Below, piece after piece: positions 17,510 through 25,708 of a stretch of 32,000 bases of DNA (position 1 is the first letter of the stretch; every line of letters begins with the position of its first letter). Both the position numbers and the translations under genes were made by a program. Source of the DNA: an uncultured Anaerolineaceae bacterium (lineage in GTDB: Bacteria; Chloroflexota; Anaerolineae; Anaerolineales; Villigracilaceae); contig CAYJKQ010000001.1 in the NCBI GenBank assembly GCA_964370815.1, positions 285,812-317,811 on the forward strand. The letters are read 5' to 3'. A model generated the notes under the pieces. That model saw only the letters and a list, made by a program, of their open reading frames with translations, did no database searches and was not told the DNA's origin.

Positions 17510-19211
17510 TTTTATGTATGATTATTTCCTTTTGTTTTTGTTTGCGTTCAGGGTTTTTTTCTACAAAAATTGACTTACCCGTGAAAGGATCCTGCTCTGT
17601 ATAATACATCAAGGTTGAATATGTGGATGGGGTAGGAGTAAATATTTGAACTTGCTCTGGATTAATATTTAATTTCTTACTGGAATATGTTTTTAATTTC
17701 TGCATGTCAGCTTCATCACAACCAGGGTGAGCTGCGATCATATAGTAGGTTAGAAATTGTTTTTTTCCAGAAGATCTGGAAAAGTCATCAAATTTTTCTT
17801 TGAAACGTAGCAGGTTATTATTATCTGGTTTTCCCATTTTCTCCAGGACTTTTTTTTCAGAATGCTCAGGGGCAATTTTAAGTTGACCTGAAACATGATG
17901 GTTCGTTAATTCGCGAAAATAATCATCGCAATAGATGCTGTCAGAAAAAAGCAAATCATAACGAATACCTGAAGATATAAATACTTTTTTTATACCCTTG
18001 ATCTTACGAATCTGTTTAATTAAATTAATGTTTGGTAAATGGGTTACTTTTAGTGCTGGACAAACATCCGGGGAAAGGCAGCGTTGATCCTGACATGCTC
18101 CATATTTGAGTTTTTTAAGGCACTCATATCCATACATATTTGCAGTTGGACCACCAACATCCTGAATATAGCCTTTAAAACCCGTAGTTCCGGTTAATAA
18201 CTCGGCTTCAGCTAAAATCGATGCCTGGCTTCTCCACCGGATAGTACGCCCTTCATGAACTGCTATTGCACAAAAATTGCATTCCCCATAACAGCCACGA
18301 TGAGCGGATATGGAAAATCTGATGGTTTCAAGTGCTTTGACTGGTCCGAACTTTTCGTAATATGGGTGTTGTCCATATTCATAATTAAGGGAAAAAACTT
18401 CATCAAGTTCTGCCTGGGTTTGGTACTTGGAAGGCGGATTTTGAACCAGAAACCGGTCTGCATATTTTTGTACAAGTCCTTTTGCATTAAGTGGGTCATT
18501 ATTTCGGTAAAAGGTATGAAACATTTGGGTAAAAGAATTTTTATCTTGGACCACATCTTCAAAAGAAGGTAATTCCAGATATTCCTCAGGCTTTTCGTTT
18601 GATATGTAGCATAGACCACTAACCAGATTTGGGTTTATCCCATTCTTGATGCAATTGGCAAACTCCAGAATTGATAATTCTGCCATCCCGTAAAGAAGGA
18701 AATCTGCTTTTGCATCGAATAAAATTGATCGCCTTATTCGATTGTCCCAATAATCATAATGTGCAACACGTCGCAGACTGGCTTCGATTCCACCCAGAAC
18801 AATTGGTTTAGCATGAGATTGTGGATGATTCTGATTGGATAACCTGCGAATAAGGTTGGAATATACGATACTCGCTCGATCAGGTCGACGATTGTTTATC
18901 CCGCCTGGAGAGTAGTCATCCAATCGTCGGTTTTTCTTCAACGCAGTATAGTTTGCAACCATGGAATCAACACAACCGGCAGATACACCCCAAAACAAAG
19001 CCGGCTCCCCGAGACGCCCTATATCTACTGTCTCATTTATGCCAGGTTGGGCAATAATGCCAACGCGATATCCATGTTTCACAAGTAGCTTTCCAATGAC
19101 AGCTATACCGATATATGGACTATCGATATAGCTGTCGCCGGTTACCAGGATCACATCGAGGGAATCCCAGCCCAGTTTTTTCATTTCTTGATGAGTTGTT
19201 GGAAGAAACAT
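17502..19211 (-). CDS. ygiQ: YgiQ-family (UPF0313) radical SAM protein
   Basis: The N-terminus FLPTTHQEMKKLGWDSLDVILVTGDSYIDSP is typical of YgiQ. The radical SAM motif CYGECNFC is present. The start lies 8 nt after the glmS stop. Confidence 0.85.
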   Translation of the reverse strand: MFLPTTHQEMKKLGWDSLDVILVTGDSYIDSPYIGIAVIGKLLVKHGYRVGIIAQPGINETVDIGRLGEPALFWGVSAGCVDSMVANYTALKKNRRLDDYSPGGINNRRPDRASIVYSNLIRRLSNQNHPQSHAKPIVLGGIEASLRRVAHYDYWDNRIRRSILFDAKADFLLYGMAELSILEFANCIKNGINPNLVSGLCYISNEKPEEYLELPSFEDVVQDKNSFTQMFHTFYRNNDPLNAKGLVQKYADRFLVQNPPSKYQTQAELDEVFSLNYEYGQHPYYEKFGPVKALETIRFSISAHRGCYGECNFCAIAVHEGRTIRWRSQASILAEAELLTGTTGFKGYIQDVGGPTANMYGYECLKKLKYGACQDQRCLSPDVCPALKVTHLPNINLIKQIRKIKGIKKVFISSGIRYDLLFSDSIYCDDYFRELTNHHVSGQLKIAPEHSEKKVLEKMGKPDNNNLLRFKEKFDDFSRSSGKKQFLTYYMIAAHPGCDEADMQKLKTYSSKKLNINPEQVQIFTPTPSTYSTLMYYTEQDPFTGKSIFVEKNPERKQKQKEIIIHKNG

Positions 19212-19219
19212 TAGAATAT

Positions 19220-21061
19220 CTATTCCACGGTTACACTTTTAGCAAGGTTTCGTGGTTGATCAACATCCAAACCGCGGAAGGCTGCGATATGATAAGCGAG
19301 CATTTGAAGGGGAATTACTATGATCGCTGGTGATAACATCCAAGGAGTTTCAGGAATCCAGAGTACATGATCTGCCAAAGGTATTATCAACTCATCCCCT
19401 TCCGTGGCTGCTGCGATCACTATTCCACCACGAGCTTTGACTTGTTGAATCTGACTGATCATTTTCTCATGCCACGGATCTTTTGGTGCCAGGCATATAA
19501 CTGGCATATTTTTATCTATCAAAGCGATAGGTCCATGCTTCATCTCACCAGCTGGGTATCCTTCAGCATGAATGTAGGATATTTCTTTTAGTTTTAGTGC
19601 ACCTTCATAAGCAATGGGCATGTTTATACCCCTGCCCAAATATAGGCAATCACGAATATCTTTTAAGGCAAAAGAAATCTTTTCAACCTCGGGTTCAGTG
19701 TTAAGAACCCTGCTGACAAGATCTGGTATCAGTCGCAAGTCAGAAACAAGCTGGAACCGTGTGTTGGCATCAATTGATTCTCGCAGATCTGCCAATAATA
19801 TGGCAAGCATGTACTGATCAATTATTGGAGCTGTGAATGCTTTGGTAGAAGCGACCCCGATCTCTGGACCTGTTTGCATGGCGATAAAACCGTCAGCAAA
19901 TCGCATAGCTTGAGAGCCAATTGCATTTACGATGGTCCATATTGTGGCTCCTTTTCGTCTTCCTTCTTCCATGGCTGCCAAAGTATCTGCTGTCTCTCCG
20001 GATTGGCTGATGGCAAGAACGATAGTATGCGAGTCAATGATGGGGTCACGATAGCGAAATTCAGACCCAATCTCCAATTCACATGGTATCCGTGCTATTT
20101 TCTCAATCAGGTACTTACCTACCATCCCTGCGTAGGCTGCAGTCCCACAGGCAACAATATATATTTTCTTAATTTGATTGGCAAGCTCAGGGGTCAGGTT
20201 TAATTCTGGTAACCGGATTTTTCCAGATTTTAGATCTACTCGTCCCGCAAGTGTGTCGGTTAGTGAGCGTACTTGTTCATGGATTTCCTTTTGCATGAAA
20301 TGCCGAAACTCTCCTTTCTCCGCAGAGACCGAATCCCATGCAATGGTGTGAACTTGGAGATCAACAGGTTTTCCTTCCAGAGTTTCCACACGAACAGAAT
20401 CTCGAGTAACAATTGCCATTTGGCGCGATTCGAGAAAAATGACTTTTCGGGTATGGTCCAGGATGGCAGGTATGTCCGATGCGATGAAATTCTCTCCTTC
20501 GCCTAACCCAATTACAACGCCACCGGCATTTCCAATACGGGCACAGACAATACGGTCAGGTTCATCCGATGAGAGCAAAACAATTCCATGTGCCCCCTGG
20601 ATCTGGTTAAAGGTTTTTCTGGCAGCTTCCTCTAAAAGAAGACCAGAAGCCTGATGATGTTCTACAAGTTGAACGATTGTCTCAGTATCAGTATCAGATT
20701 TGAATTCTGTACCTTCACTCGCCAATTCATCACGTAATTCAAGGAAATTTTCAACGATACCATTGTGAACAACAACAACTTTACCCGAATTCCCTAAATG
20801 GGGATGGGCATTGCGCGCGCTTGGGGCACCATGCGTTGCCCAGCGTGTATGTCCTATGCCGGGTGTTCCGGTAATAGGAGACTCATGGACTAATTTTTCC
20901 AGGCGTTCGAGTTTTCCTGAGTCGCGGCGGATGATGATCTCACCATCTTGAATGATTGCAATTCCAGCAGAATCATAACCACGATACTCAAGCCTCTTTA
21001 GTCCATCTAAAATAATAGGTGTTGCATCACGTGGTCCAATATAACCAACAATACCACACAT
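19220..21061 (-). CDS. glmS: Glutamine--fructose-6-phosphate aminotransferase (isomerising)
   Basis: From the ATG at 21061 the protein begins MCGIVGYIG, with the catalytic Cys2 required in GlmS. It has two SIS domains and ends ..AKSVTVE. GGAGGGG lies 6 nt upstream. The extra 67 codons in the ORF track read through the ribozyme and are an artefact. Confidence 0.95.
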   Translation of the reverse strand: MCGIVGYIGPRDATPIILDGLKRLEYRGYDSAGIAIIQDGEIIIRRDSGKLERLEKLVHESPITGTPGIGHTRWATHGAPSARNAHPHLGNSGKVVVVHNGIVENFLELRDELASEGTEFKSDTDTETIVQLVEHHQASGLLLEEAARKTFNQIQGAHGIVLLSSDEPDRIVCARIGNAGGVVIGLGEGENFIASDIPAILDHTRKVIFLESRQMAIVTRDSVRVETLEGKPVDLQVHTIAWDSVSAEKGEFRHFMQKEIHEQVRSLTDTLAGRVDLKSGKIRLPELNLTPELANQIKKIYIVACGTAAYAGMVGKYLIEKIARIPCELEIGSEFRYRDPIIDSHTIVLAISQSGETADTLAAMEEGRRKGATIWTIVNAIGSQAMRFADGFIAMQTGPEIGVASTKAFTAPIIDQYMLAILLADLRESIDANTRFQLVSDLRLIPDLVSRVLNTEPEVEKISFALKDIRDCLYLGRGINMPIAYEGALKLKEISYIHAEGYPAGEMKHGPIALIDKNMPVICLAPKDPWHEKMISQIQQVKARGGIVIAAATEGDELIIPLADHVLWIPETPWMLSPAIIVIPLQMLAYHIAAFRGLDVDQPRNLAKSVTVE

Positions 21062-21084
21062 AAAAACCCCTCCATTGTTATTGC

Positions 21085-21293
21085 CATAACTGCTTTTTTG
21101 CCTAAAAAGTTGCCTGGTTAGGATTGTTGGCAGTATATTAAATTGGAGGGAAAGGTGTTGGGATTGGCACTCCCAGAGGGCTTCCGCTGATCGTTCGATT
21201 TTCTCCTGATTTTTAGTCAGAATTAGCCCTGCTTCGAAGCAGGGAACCCTCATCCTCGTCAACTCTGGTAATCGAAACCAGAGTCCATGCGCT
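21085..21293 (-). ncRNA. glmS ribozyme (GlcN6P-activated self-cleaving riboswitch); 3' boundary approximate
   Basis: The minus strand reads A|GCGCATGG. Next comes the P1 hairpin ACTCTGGT-TTCGATT-ACCAGAGT (21284-21262), then the conserved core GACGAGGATGAGGG (21260-21247). ...TCGAACGATCAGCGGAAGCCCTC closes P2 (GAGGG/CCCTC). It lies directly upstream of glmS. This was matched from memory to the Bacillus glmS ribozyme core (AGCGCC...GACGAGGAUGGAGG...UCGAA..CGGCGGAUGCCUCC). Confidence 0.85.
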
Positions 21294-21885
21294 GACCTTT
21301 CCTTTTGGATGGATCAATCATGACAAAAAAGTCACGATTATTTGTATATACCTGCTTGGAAATGATTTGTTTATGGGATAAATCTAATTAAAAAAATCAA
21401 CTACCTCTCTTTTGATTCTCCAGCAGGTACATTCAAATTATACCTTAACAAGGAAGGAGGATTTTCAGAGAGGAACAATTAAACCATCCACCATGAAAAC
21501 TTGGGTGGTTTGAATAATGATCGTTTCAGAAATTTTATAGATTGGTTTTTTATTGTATTCGAGCAATTCGGTAATTATCGTACAAGGGATTTAACATTTA
21601 TAAAACATCTGCATGCATATAAAAAGGTGGAATTGAGAATCTGAGTGAGATTTTACCTTGATGATTTCAAGCAATCCGGTGTTAATTCGGTTTTTCTATA
21701 ATTTGGTGGTCAAAAAGCTCAACATCTCGATTGCTTTAGTCTAAGGAGTGGATAAATTACAATAGCTCGCCATCCACATCAATTTGGGGTAACTGGATTG
21801 GATAATTCCTAATGTAAACCACCAGTCGTGTGGGTCAAGATTCATAAATATTAAGGTTAATTGAATTATCGCGATTAATAGATGA

Positions 21886-23031
21886 TTAATTGAAGTGAAG
21901 CTGGTATACATGGTGTATTTTGGAGAAATTGATTCCGAAATTCTCCAATTCACGTTGCATATTATAGTTGTCTACGCCAATTTGAATGATTTCAGCATGG
22001 CGAAATTGACCACTTTCAACGATGGACTTTTGCATTTCGCTGAAAAGCAAAGCAGTACCTCCCAGGCCGCGGTATTCTTCTATTAACCCTGCTCCATTGA
22101 TATTGATCCAATCGGTTTTTTTTAACTCTCGTAAAAGAGTTACCCATCCGAATGGAAAGATCCGTCCCGCTGTTCTTTGAAGTGCTCCAGAAATATCAGG
22201 ATACGCCAGGAGGAATCCAACCATTTTCTTAATTTCATGGTTTTCGGAGTTGGTATGAATAACAATTTTTATCAACGATGGATCTGCAAACCACATTAAT
22301 TGTGAGGCAAGTGATTTTGCTTCGAAATCCGTAAGGGGTATTCCTCCGGATGTCCCTCCCAATGCACCGTTGTATAGATCTTTTAGTTTTGGGATCAATA
22401 CTTTTAAGTCATTACGTTTTTTAAAACGCGAAACCGTTAATCCCCGTCTTTGTTGAATGCGCTTTGATAATTCGTGAATTCGAATTGGAAACTCCATTGC
22501 AGCATTCATATAACCGGAAACAGATTCGCTGGCGACCTCAAACCCCAAACCTTCTAAAAGATCTATGTAATAAGGTGGATTATAAGGAATTCCAAGCGCA
22601 GGTCGATATTTATAACCTTTTGCTAACATTCCGAATCCATCCAGGGGCGTAAACCCTTTCGGACCTATGAGTTTATTTAATCCTTGTGATCTTGCCCAAC
22701 CAATTGCAGCTTCAAAAAGCATGGAGGCTGTTTCAGGATTATTTTCACACTCAAATAAATAAAAAAAGGCAGTTGTTTCTTGGTTATGGTCGTTAAATAG
22801 ACGATTGTTGGTAACAGCAATTCGACCAGTAGGTAGGTTATCCCTCTTGGTAAGGAAAAAAGCTGCCTGTGAATGTTTGTAAAAAGGATATTTTCGAACG
22901 TTGAATCTTACTCGTTCATCCATTAAGAGGGGAGGAACCCATTCAGGAATATTCTTATAAATAATGAATGGCAGTCGCATGAATTGACGCACCAATTTTT
23001 TATTTGATGGGTTAACTTGAACAATTTCCAT
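21886..23031 (-). CDS. Hypothetical protein with C-terminal GNAT-like acyl-CoA-binding motif
   Basis: A 381-aa uninterrupted ORF. The C-terminal region has EEYRGLGGTALLF, matching GNAT motif A (R/Q-x-x-G-x-G/A). No clear SD precedes the ATG at 23031. The substrate is unknown. Confidence 0.5.
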   Translation of the reverse strand: MEIVQVNPSNKKLVRQFMRLPFIIYKNIPEWVPPLLMDERVRFNVRKYPFYKHSQAAFFLTKRDNLPTGRIAVTNNRLFNDHNQETTAFFYLFECENNPETASMLFEAAIGWARSQGLNKLIGPKGFTPLDGFGMLAKGYKYRPALGIPYNPPYYIDLLEGLGFEVASESVSGYMNAAMEFPIRIHELSKRIQQRRGLTVSRFKKRNDLKVLIPKLKDLYNGALGGTSGGIPLTDFEAKSLASQLMWFADPSLIKIVIHTNSENHEIKKMVGFLLAYPDISGALQRTAGRIFPFGWVTLLRELKKTDWININGAGLIEEYRGLGGTALLFSEMQKSIVESGQFRHAEIIQIGVDNYNMQRELENFGINFSKIHHVYQLHFN

Positions 23032-23071
23032 ATATAAACTGAGCGTTGAAGGGCTTTAGAAGGTTTGAAGG

Positions 23072-24397
23072 TTATCCAACATCAGTATTGTTTTTCTGGA
23101 GACTTGCTCTTTCTGCCATTTGATTTCGCAGAGTCTTGATATCTCCATCAATAAAAAATAGAGCTCCCAGATAAAGGAAGAAACATAATACCCAAGTCGA
23201 AACACAAATTGTTAAAATTGCTGTTTGTTTGGTTGTGGCTAAAGCAATTGAGCCTGCAATAATTGGAGCCAGCGCAGCACCACTATTCTCAATAAAATAT
23301 TCCACAGCCTGGGCGGTCGAACGTACCTCTGGAGGAGTTATGTCAAATATCGTTGAAAGAACATTTGGCGAGGAAAAAGGCATAAAGAGAGCAGTAAGTG
23401 ACATCCAAACGAAGAAAGTGGTCTTCTGATCGACTGGTGTTAACAAAGCCAGTAGTAAGAACAGTGCGCCTAATATTACGCCGATGGAAGAAATAATTAT
23501 GCGACCTTTTTTGGTTTTCTTGAATAACCAGTCGCCCAATGTACCCCCCACGAAATAACCCAATGATAGGATAAGAATTACAGGTCCCATAACAAATAAT
23601 ACAGAATTGTTATCATAACCTCGTTCAGACAATAGATAACCTATAAAAAAATAAGTGATCACGTTCCATGGGAAGACACCTGCGAATCCCTGTAAGAAGA
23701 TAAACCACATGGTTTTCTTTTTAAAAATTAATTTTGCTTCTTTTATTGAGAACTTGAATTGTCCAACTTCTTGTATACCTTCAAATTCAGGTTCTGCTTG
23801 TCCTCGAGGCATATCTTTGACAAAAAAGAATATTAAAATAGCCATGATAATCCCTAAGAAGCCAGTGATCAAAAAGATAGAACGCCAGCCCTCAAGATTA
23901 AATAGCTTTCCATCAAGTGTTGGGGCGATCATCAAAGCCAGGATCATACCTGCGAGATAACCCAGCGGTTGGGGAACCTGAAGAATCCCATAAACCTTAC
24001 CACGAACTTTCGGAGGGAAATAATCAGCGACCAGGCTATACAAACCGGGGTAAGAAGAATCATCAATACCAGTTGTTGCACGGGTTCCAAGGAATTGGGG
24101 GTAAGTTATTACGATAGAGCTCAACCAGGTGGTCGCACCCCAGATTAAGGATGCAAGCGCCAGAAGCTTTGCACGAGCATATCGGTCATACAAATACCCC
24201 CAAATTGGGAAAAGAATTGTACCGATTATTAATGCTCCGGAATTAACCAAACCCCATTGAAGATCATTTAAATTAAAAGTTTTACTAATAGGTATTTGAA
24301 GGGACCCTATAAGCAATTTATCTGTCTGATGAAGGAATATAAAGAAAAAGAATATTACAACAACGAATACAGGGTATGTTTTTCGGTTTTTATTCAT
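23072..24397 (-). CDS. MFS transporter
   Basis: 441 aa, highly hydrophobic, with about 12 predicted helices by eye. MFS motif A-like GYLYDRYARAKLL is present. AAGGAA lies 6-7 nt upstream of the ATG. Confidence 0.8.
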   Translation of the reverse strand: MNKNRKTYPVFVVVIFFFFIFLHQTDKLLIGSLQIPISKTFNLNDLQWGLVNSGALIIGTILFPIWGYLYDRYARAKLLALASLIWGATTWLSSIVITYPQFLGTRATTGIDDSSYPGLYSLVADYFPPKVRGKVYGILQVPQPLGYLAGMILALMIAPTLDGKLFNLEGWRSIFLITGFLGIIMAILIFFFVKDMPRGQAEPEFEGIQEVGQFKFSIKEAKLIFKKKTMWFIFLQGFAGVFPWNVITYFFIGYLLSERGYDNNSVLFVMGPVILILSLGYFVGGTLGDWLFKKTKKGRIIISSIGVILGALFLLLALLTPVDQKTTFFVWMSLTALFMPFSSPNVLSTIFDITPPEVRSTAQAVEYFIENSGAALAPIIAGSIALATTKQTAILTICVSTWVLCFFLYLGALFFIDGDIKTLRNQMAERASLQKNNTDVG

Positions 24398-24546
24398 TCT
24401 GATTCCTTAAAAATAGGATAATTATTGTTAAAAGTTTACAGCATTATACGCTTCAAGTCAATCAGCTCATGGAAAAATCAACCAACTTAAATGGTGGTCG
24501 TAATTTGGAAATTATTTTTTTAATTAATAAAGGATCTGGGAAATTA

Positions 24547-24858
24547 ATGTCAATAGCTGAAACGATTGGTACAATTTTAGGTTTGAGGCTTCCCTGGTTA
24601 TTTTTAATTTTGCCTCAAGCGGCATATGAGGGTCATTCATGGAACCATTTCCGATCAAAGCTCACATTTTTTTGGATAACTCCTTTTCTAATAGCTCAAT
24701 GGTATTGGATTTTATTTAGATATCTGAAGAACCTTCGATCTGGTAACACTCGCCGCGTGAATCGCAGTAATTACATTGAAGTTGGCGGCCACGATACAGA
24801 TTCTTGTTGTATTTCAATCCAAACCGGGGATTCAGTTGAGAAACACTTGAGAGCATGA
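24547..24858 (+). CDS. Hypothetical small membrane protein (weak call)
   Basis: An ORF with two hydrophobic stretches (IAETIGTILGLRLPWLFLIL and LTFFWITPFLIAQWYWILF). The track start at 24469 falls in the divergent MFS promoter region, so the ATG at 24547 is preferred. No family was recognised. Confidence 0.3.
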   Translation: MSIAETIGTILGLRLPWLFLILPQAAYEGHSWNHFRSKLTFFWITPFLIAQWYWILFRYLKNLRSGNTRRVNRSNYIEVGGHDTDSCCISIQTGDSVEKHLRA

Positions 24859-24897
24859 CATTGTTTTGATTTCTTTGATCATATTTTTGAGTATAGC

Positions 24898-24926
24898 TTG
24901 TTAGTCATCTTATTTTATGATAAAAT
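24898..24926 (+). promoter_or_regulatory. Candidate promoter for tRNA-Pro
   Basis: TTGTTA (24898-24903), a 17-nt spacer, then TAAAAT (24921-24926). The predicted TSS is about 5 nt before the tRNA 5' end. Confidence 0.5.
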
Positions 24927-24937
24927 TTTACACACAT

Positions 24938-25011
24938 CGGGGCGTGGCTCAGCCCGGTAGAGCGCGCGGTTCGGGATCGTGAGGTCGGCGGTTCAAATCC
25001 GCCCGCCCCGA
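24938..25011 (+). tRNA. tRNA-Pro (anticodon CGG)
   Basis: The manual cloverleaf has acceptor CGGGGCG/CGCCCCG (C1-G72, as in bacterial tRNA-Pro) and D arm GCTC-AGCCCGGTA-GAGC. The anticodon arm is CGCGG-TTCGGGA-TCGTG, giving anticodon CGG with G37. The T arm is GGCGG-TTCAAAT-CCGCC and the discriminator is A. CCA is not encoded. Confidence 0.9.
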
Positions 25012-25020
25012 CTTAAAAAA

Positions 25021-25046
25021 ACAGTCGATCATTTGGGATCGGCTGT
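25021..25046 (+). terminator. Hairpin downstream of tRNA-Pro (possible terminator)
   Basis: ACAGTCGATC, loop ATTTGG, then GATCGGCTGT. The 10-bp stem has one G-U pair on the plus-strand RNA, which becomes a C-A mismatch on the minus strand. An A7 run precedes it and a weakly U-rich tail (TCGTATATAT) follows. Confidence 0.45.
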
Positions 25047-25186
25047 TCGTATATATCACACGATTCAGCTGACAGTATAATTTAGAAAAAGTATTAAAGT
25101 AAACTTTACGTGGGTGTATATTCGCGCGAGAACATAACATTGATTGTAGCTCACTCTCGTAAATCCGAAGTTGAATATAATTTACG

Positions 25187-25232
25187 TTGATTGAATTGAT
25201 TGAATTATTGAATTATTGAATTATTGAATTAA
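25187..25232. repeat. Short tandem repeat, unit about TTGAATTA (8 bp, first units 9 bp)
   Basis: TGAAT recurs at 25192, 25201, 25209, 25217 and 25225 (spacing 9, 8, 8, 8): ttgattgaattgattgaattattgaattattgaattattgaattaaa. Confidence 0.85.
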
Positions 25233-25254
25233 ACTCACTAATAGTAAAAAGATA

Positions 25255-25365
25255 ATGGGTATCCACGCAAACAATTTAATCCAAAAATATTTTTCTTCAA
25301 TCTTAACATTCATAATTCTAATCGCTTCGCTTGTGGTTGTTCTTGTATTAGTTTTTCGTTGGTAG
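25255..25365 (+). CDS. Candidate 36-aa single-pass membrane peptide (below the ORF-track size cutoff)
   Basis: Manual translation gives MGIHANNLIQKYFSSILTFIILIASLVVVLVLVFRW, then TAG. It has one clear hydrophobic helix with a polar N-terminus and an RW end. It stops 6 nt before the next ORF. No convincing SD is present. Confidence 0.3.
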   Translation: MGIHANNLIQKYFSSILTFIILIASLVVVLVLVFRW

Positions 25366-25371
25366 TGAAAA

Positions 25372-25638
25372 ATGCGTCAGTATCATAAAATGGAGCATAT
25401 CAACTTGCTTATCGACAGATTGGAGCGCTTGTCTGCTGATTCAATATGGTCCCATCGAGCAAGTGGAATTCGTGGTTCATTACTGGAATGCCTGGAAGAA
25501 CATAATGGGAGATATTCAAAGATAACTTCAGAGAAGTTGGATTCTCTTTTGGATCAGGGATTTGAAGTATTGGAACAAGCAATTAGAAAAAGTTTGTTTA
25601 AGAAGAGAATCAAGGTAAAACACCATAATTGCAGATAA
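25372..25638 (+). CDS. Hypothetical 88-aa protein, predicted helical
   Basis: The ORF reads MRQYHKMEHINLLIDRLERLSADSIWSHRASGIRGSLLECLEE... It is charged, has heptad-like leucines and a basic tail (KKRIKVKHH). No family was recognised and the SD is weak. Confidence 0.4.
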   Translation: MRQYHKMEHINLLIDRLERLSADSIWSHRASGIRGSLLECLEEHNGRYSKITSEKLDSLLDQGFEVLEQAIRKSLFKKRIKVKHHNCR

Positions 25639-25708
25639 GTCTAGGAAAAAAAAGTAAGAATAATTTCGCCAGATTAAAGAAGAACGAATTAAAAATCCGG
25701 AACAAATG

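Noticed and set aside
21062-21262. 67-codon N-terminal extension of glmS in the ORF track (680 aa)
   Set aside because: GlmS must begin Met-Cys (MCGIVGY at 21061, with an SD 6 nt upstream). The extension reads through the glmS ribozyme sequence and is a chance open frame.
21481-21511. Hairpin AAACCATCC-13 nt-GGGTGGTTT as a terminator
   Set aside because: No U-tract follows on either strand, the loop is long, and the stem includes a wobble pair. It is mentioned only within the long-intergenic finding.
21620-21700. TPP-riboswitch-like fragments on the plus strand (CTGAG..AGA, ACCTTGAT, CCGGTGTTAATTCGG)
   Set aside because: It lacks the conserved GGGGTGC and GCGTAGGGA elements and proper helices. 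There is also no downstream plus-strand gene to regulate.
21741-21953. 70-aa minus-strand ORF overlapping the 3' end of the GNAT-like gene
   Set aside because: It overlaps the end of a longer supported ORF in another frame, has no SD, and has hydrophobic low-complexity composition.
25014-25046. Minus-strand terminator reading (hairpin followed by U7 on the minus strand), implying an unannotated minus-strand transcript
   Set aside because: The stem has a G-U pair on the plus-strand RNA but a C-A mismatch on the minus-strand RNA, which favours plus-strand function after the tRNA. No minus-strand gene or promoter was found upstream. Bidirectional activity cannot be excluded.
24949-25140. 63-aa minus-strand ORF
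   Set aside because: It reads through the complement of tRNA-Pro and its hairpin, so it is not credible as a gene.
25187-25232. CRISPR-like array
   Set aside because: The units are 8-9 bp and directly abutting with no spacers. This is a simple tandem repeat.
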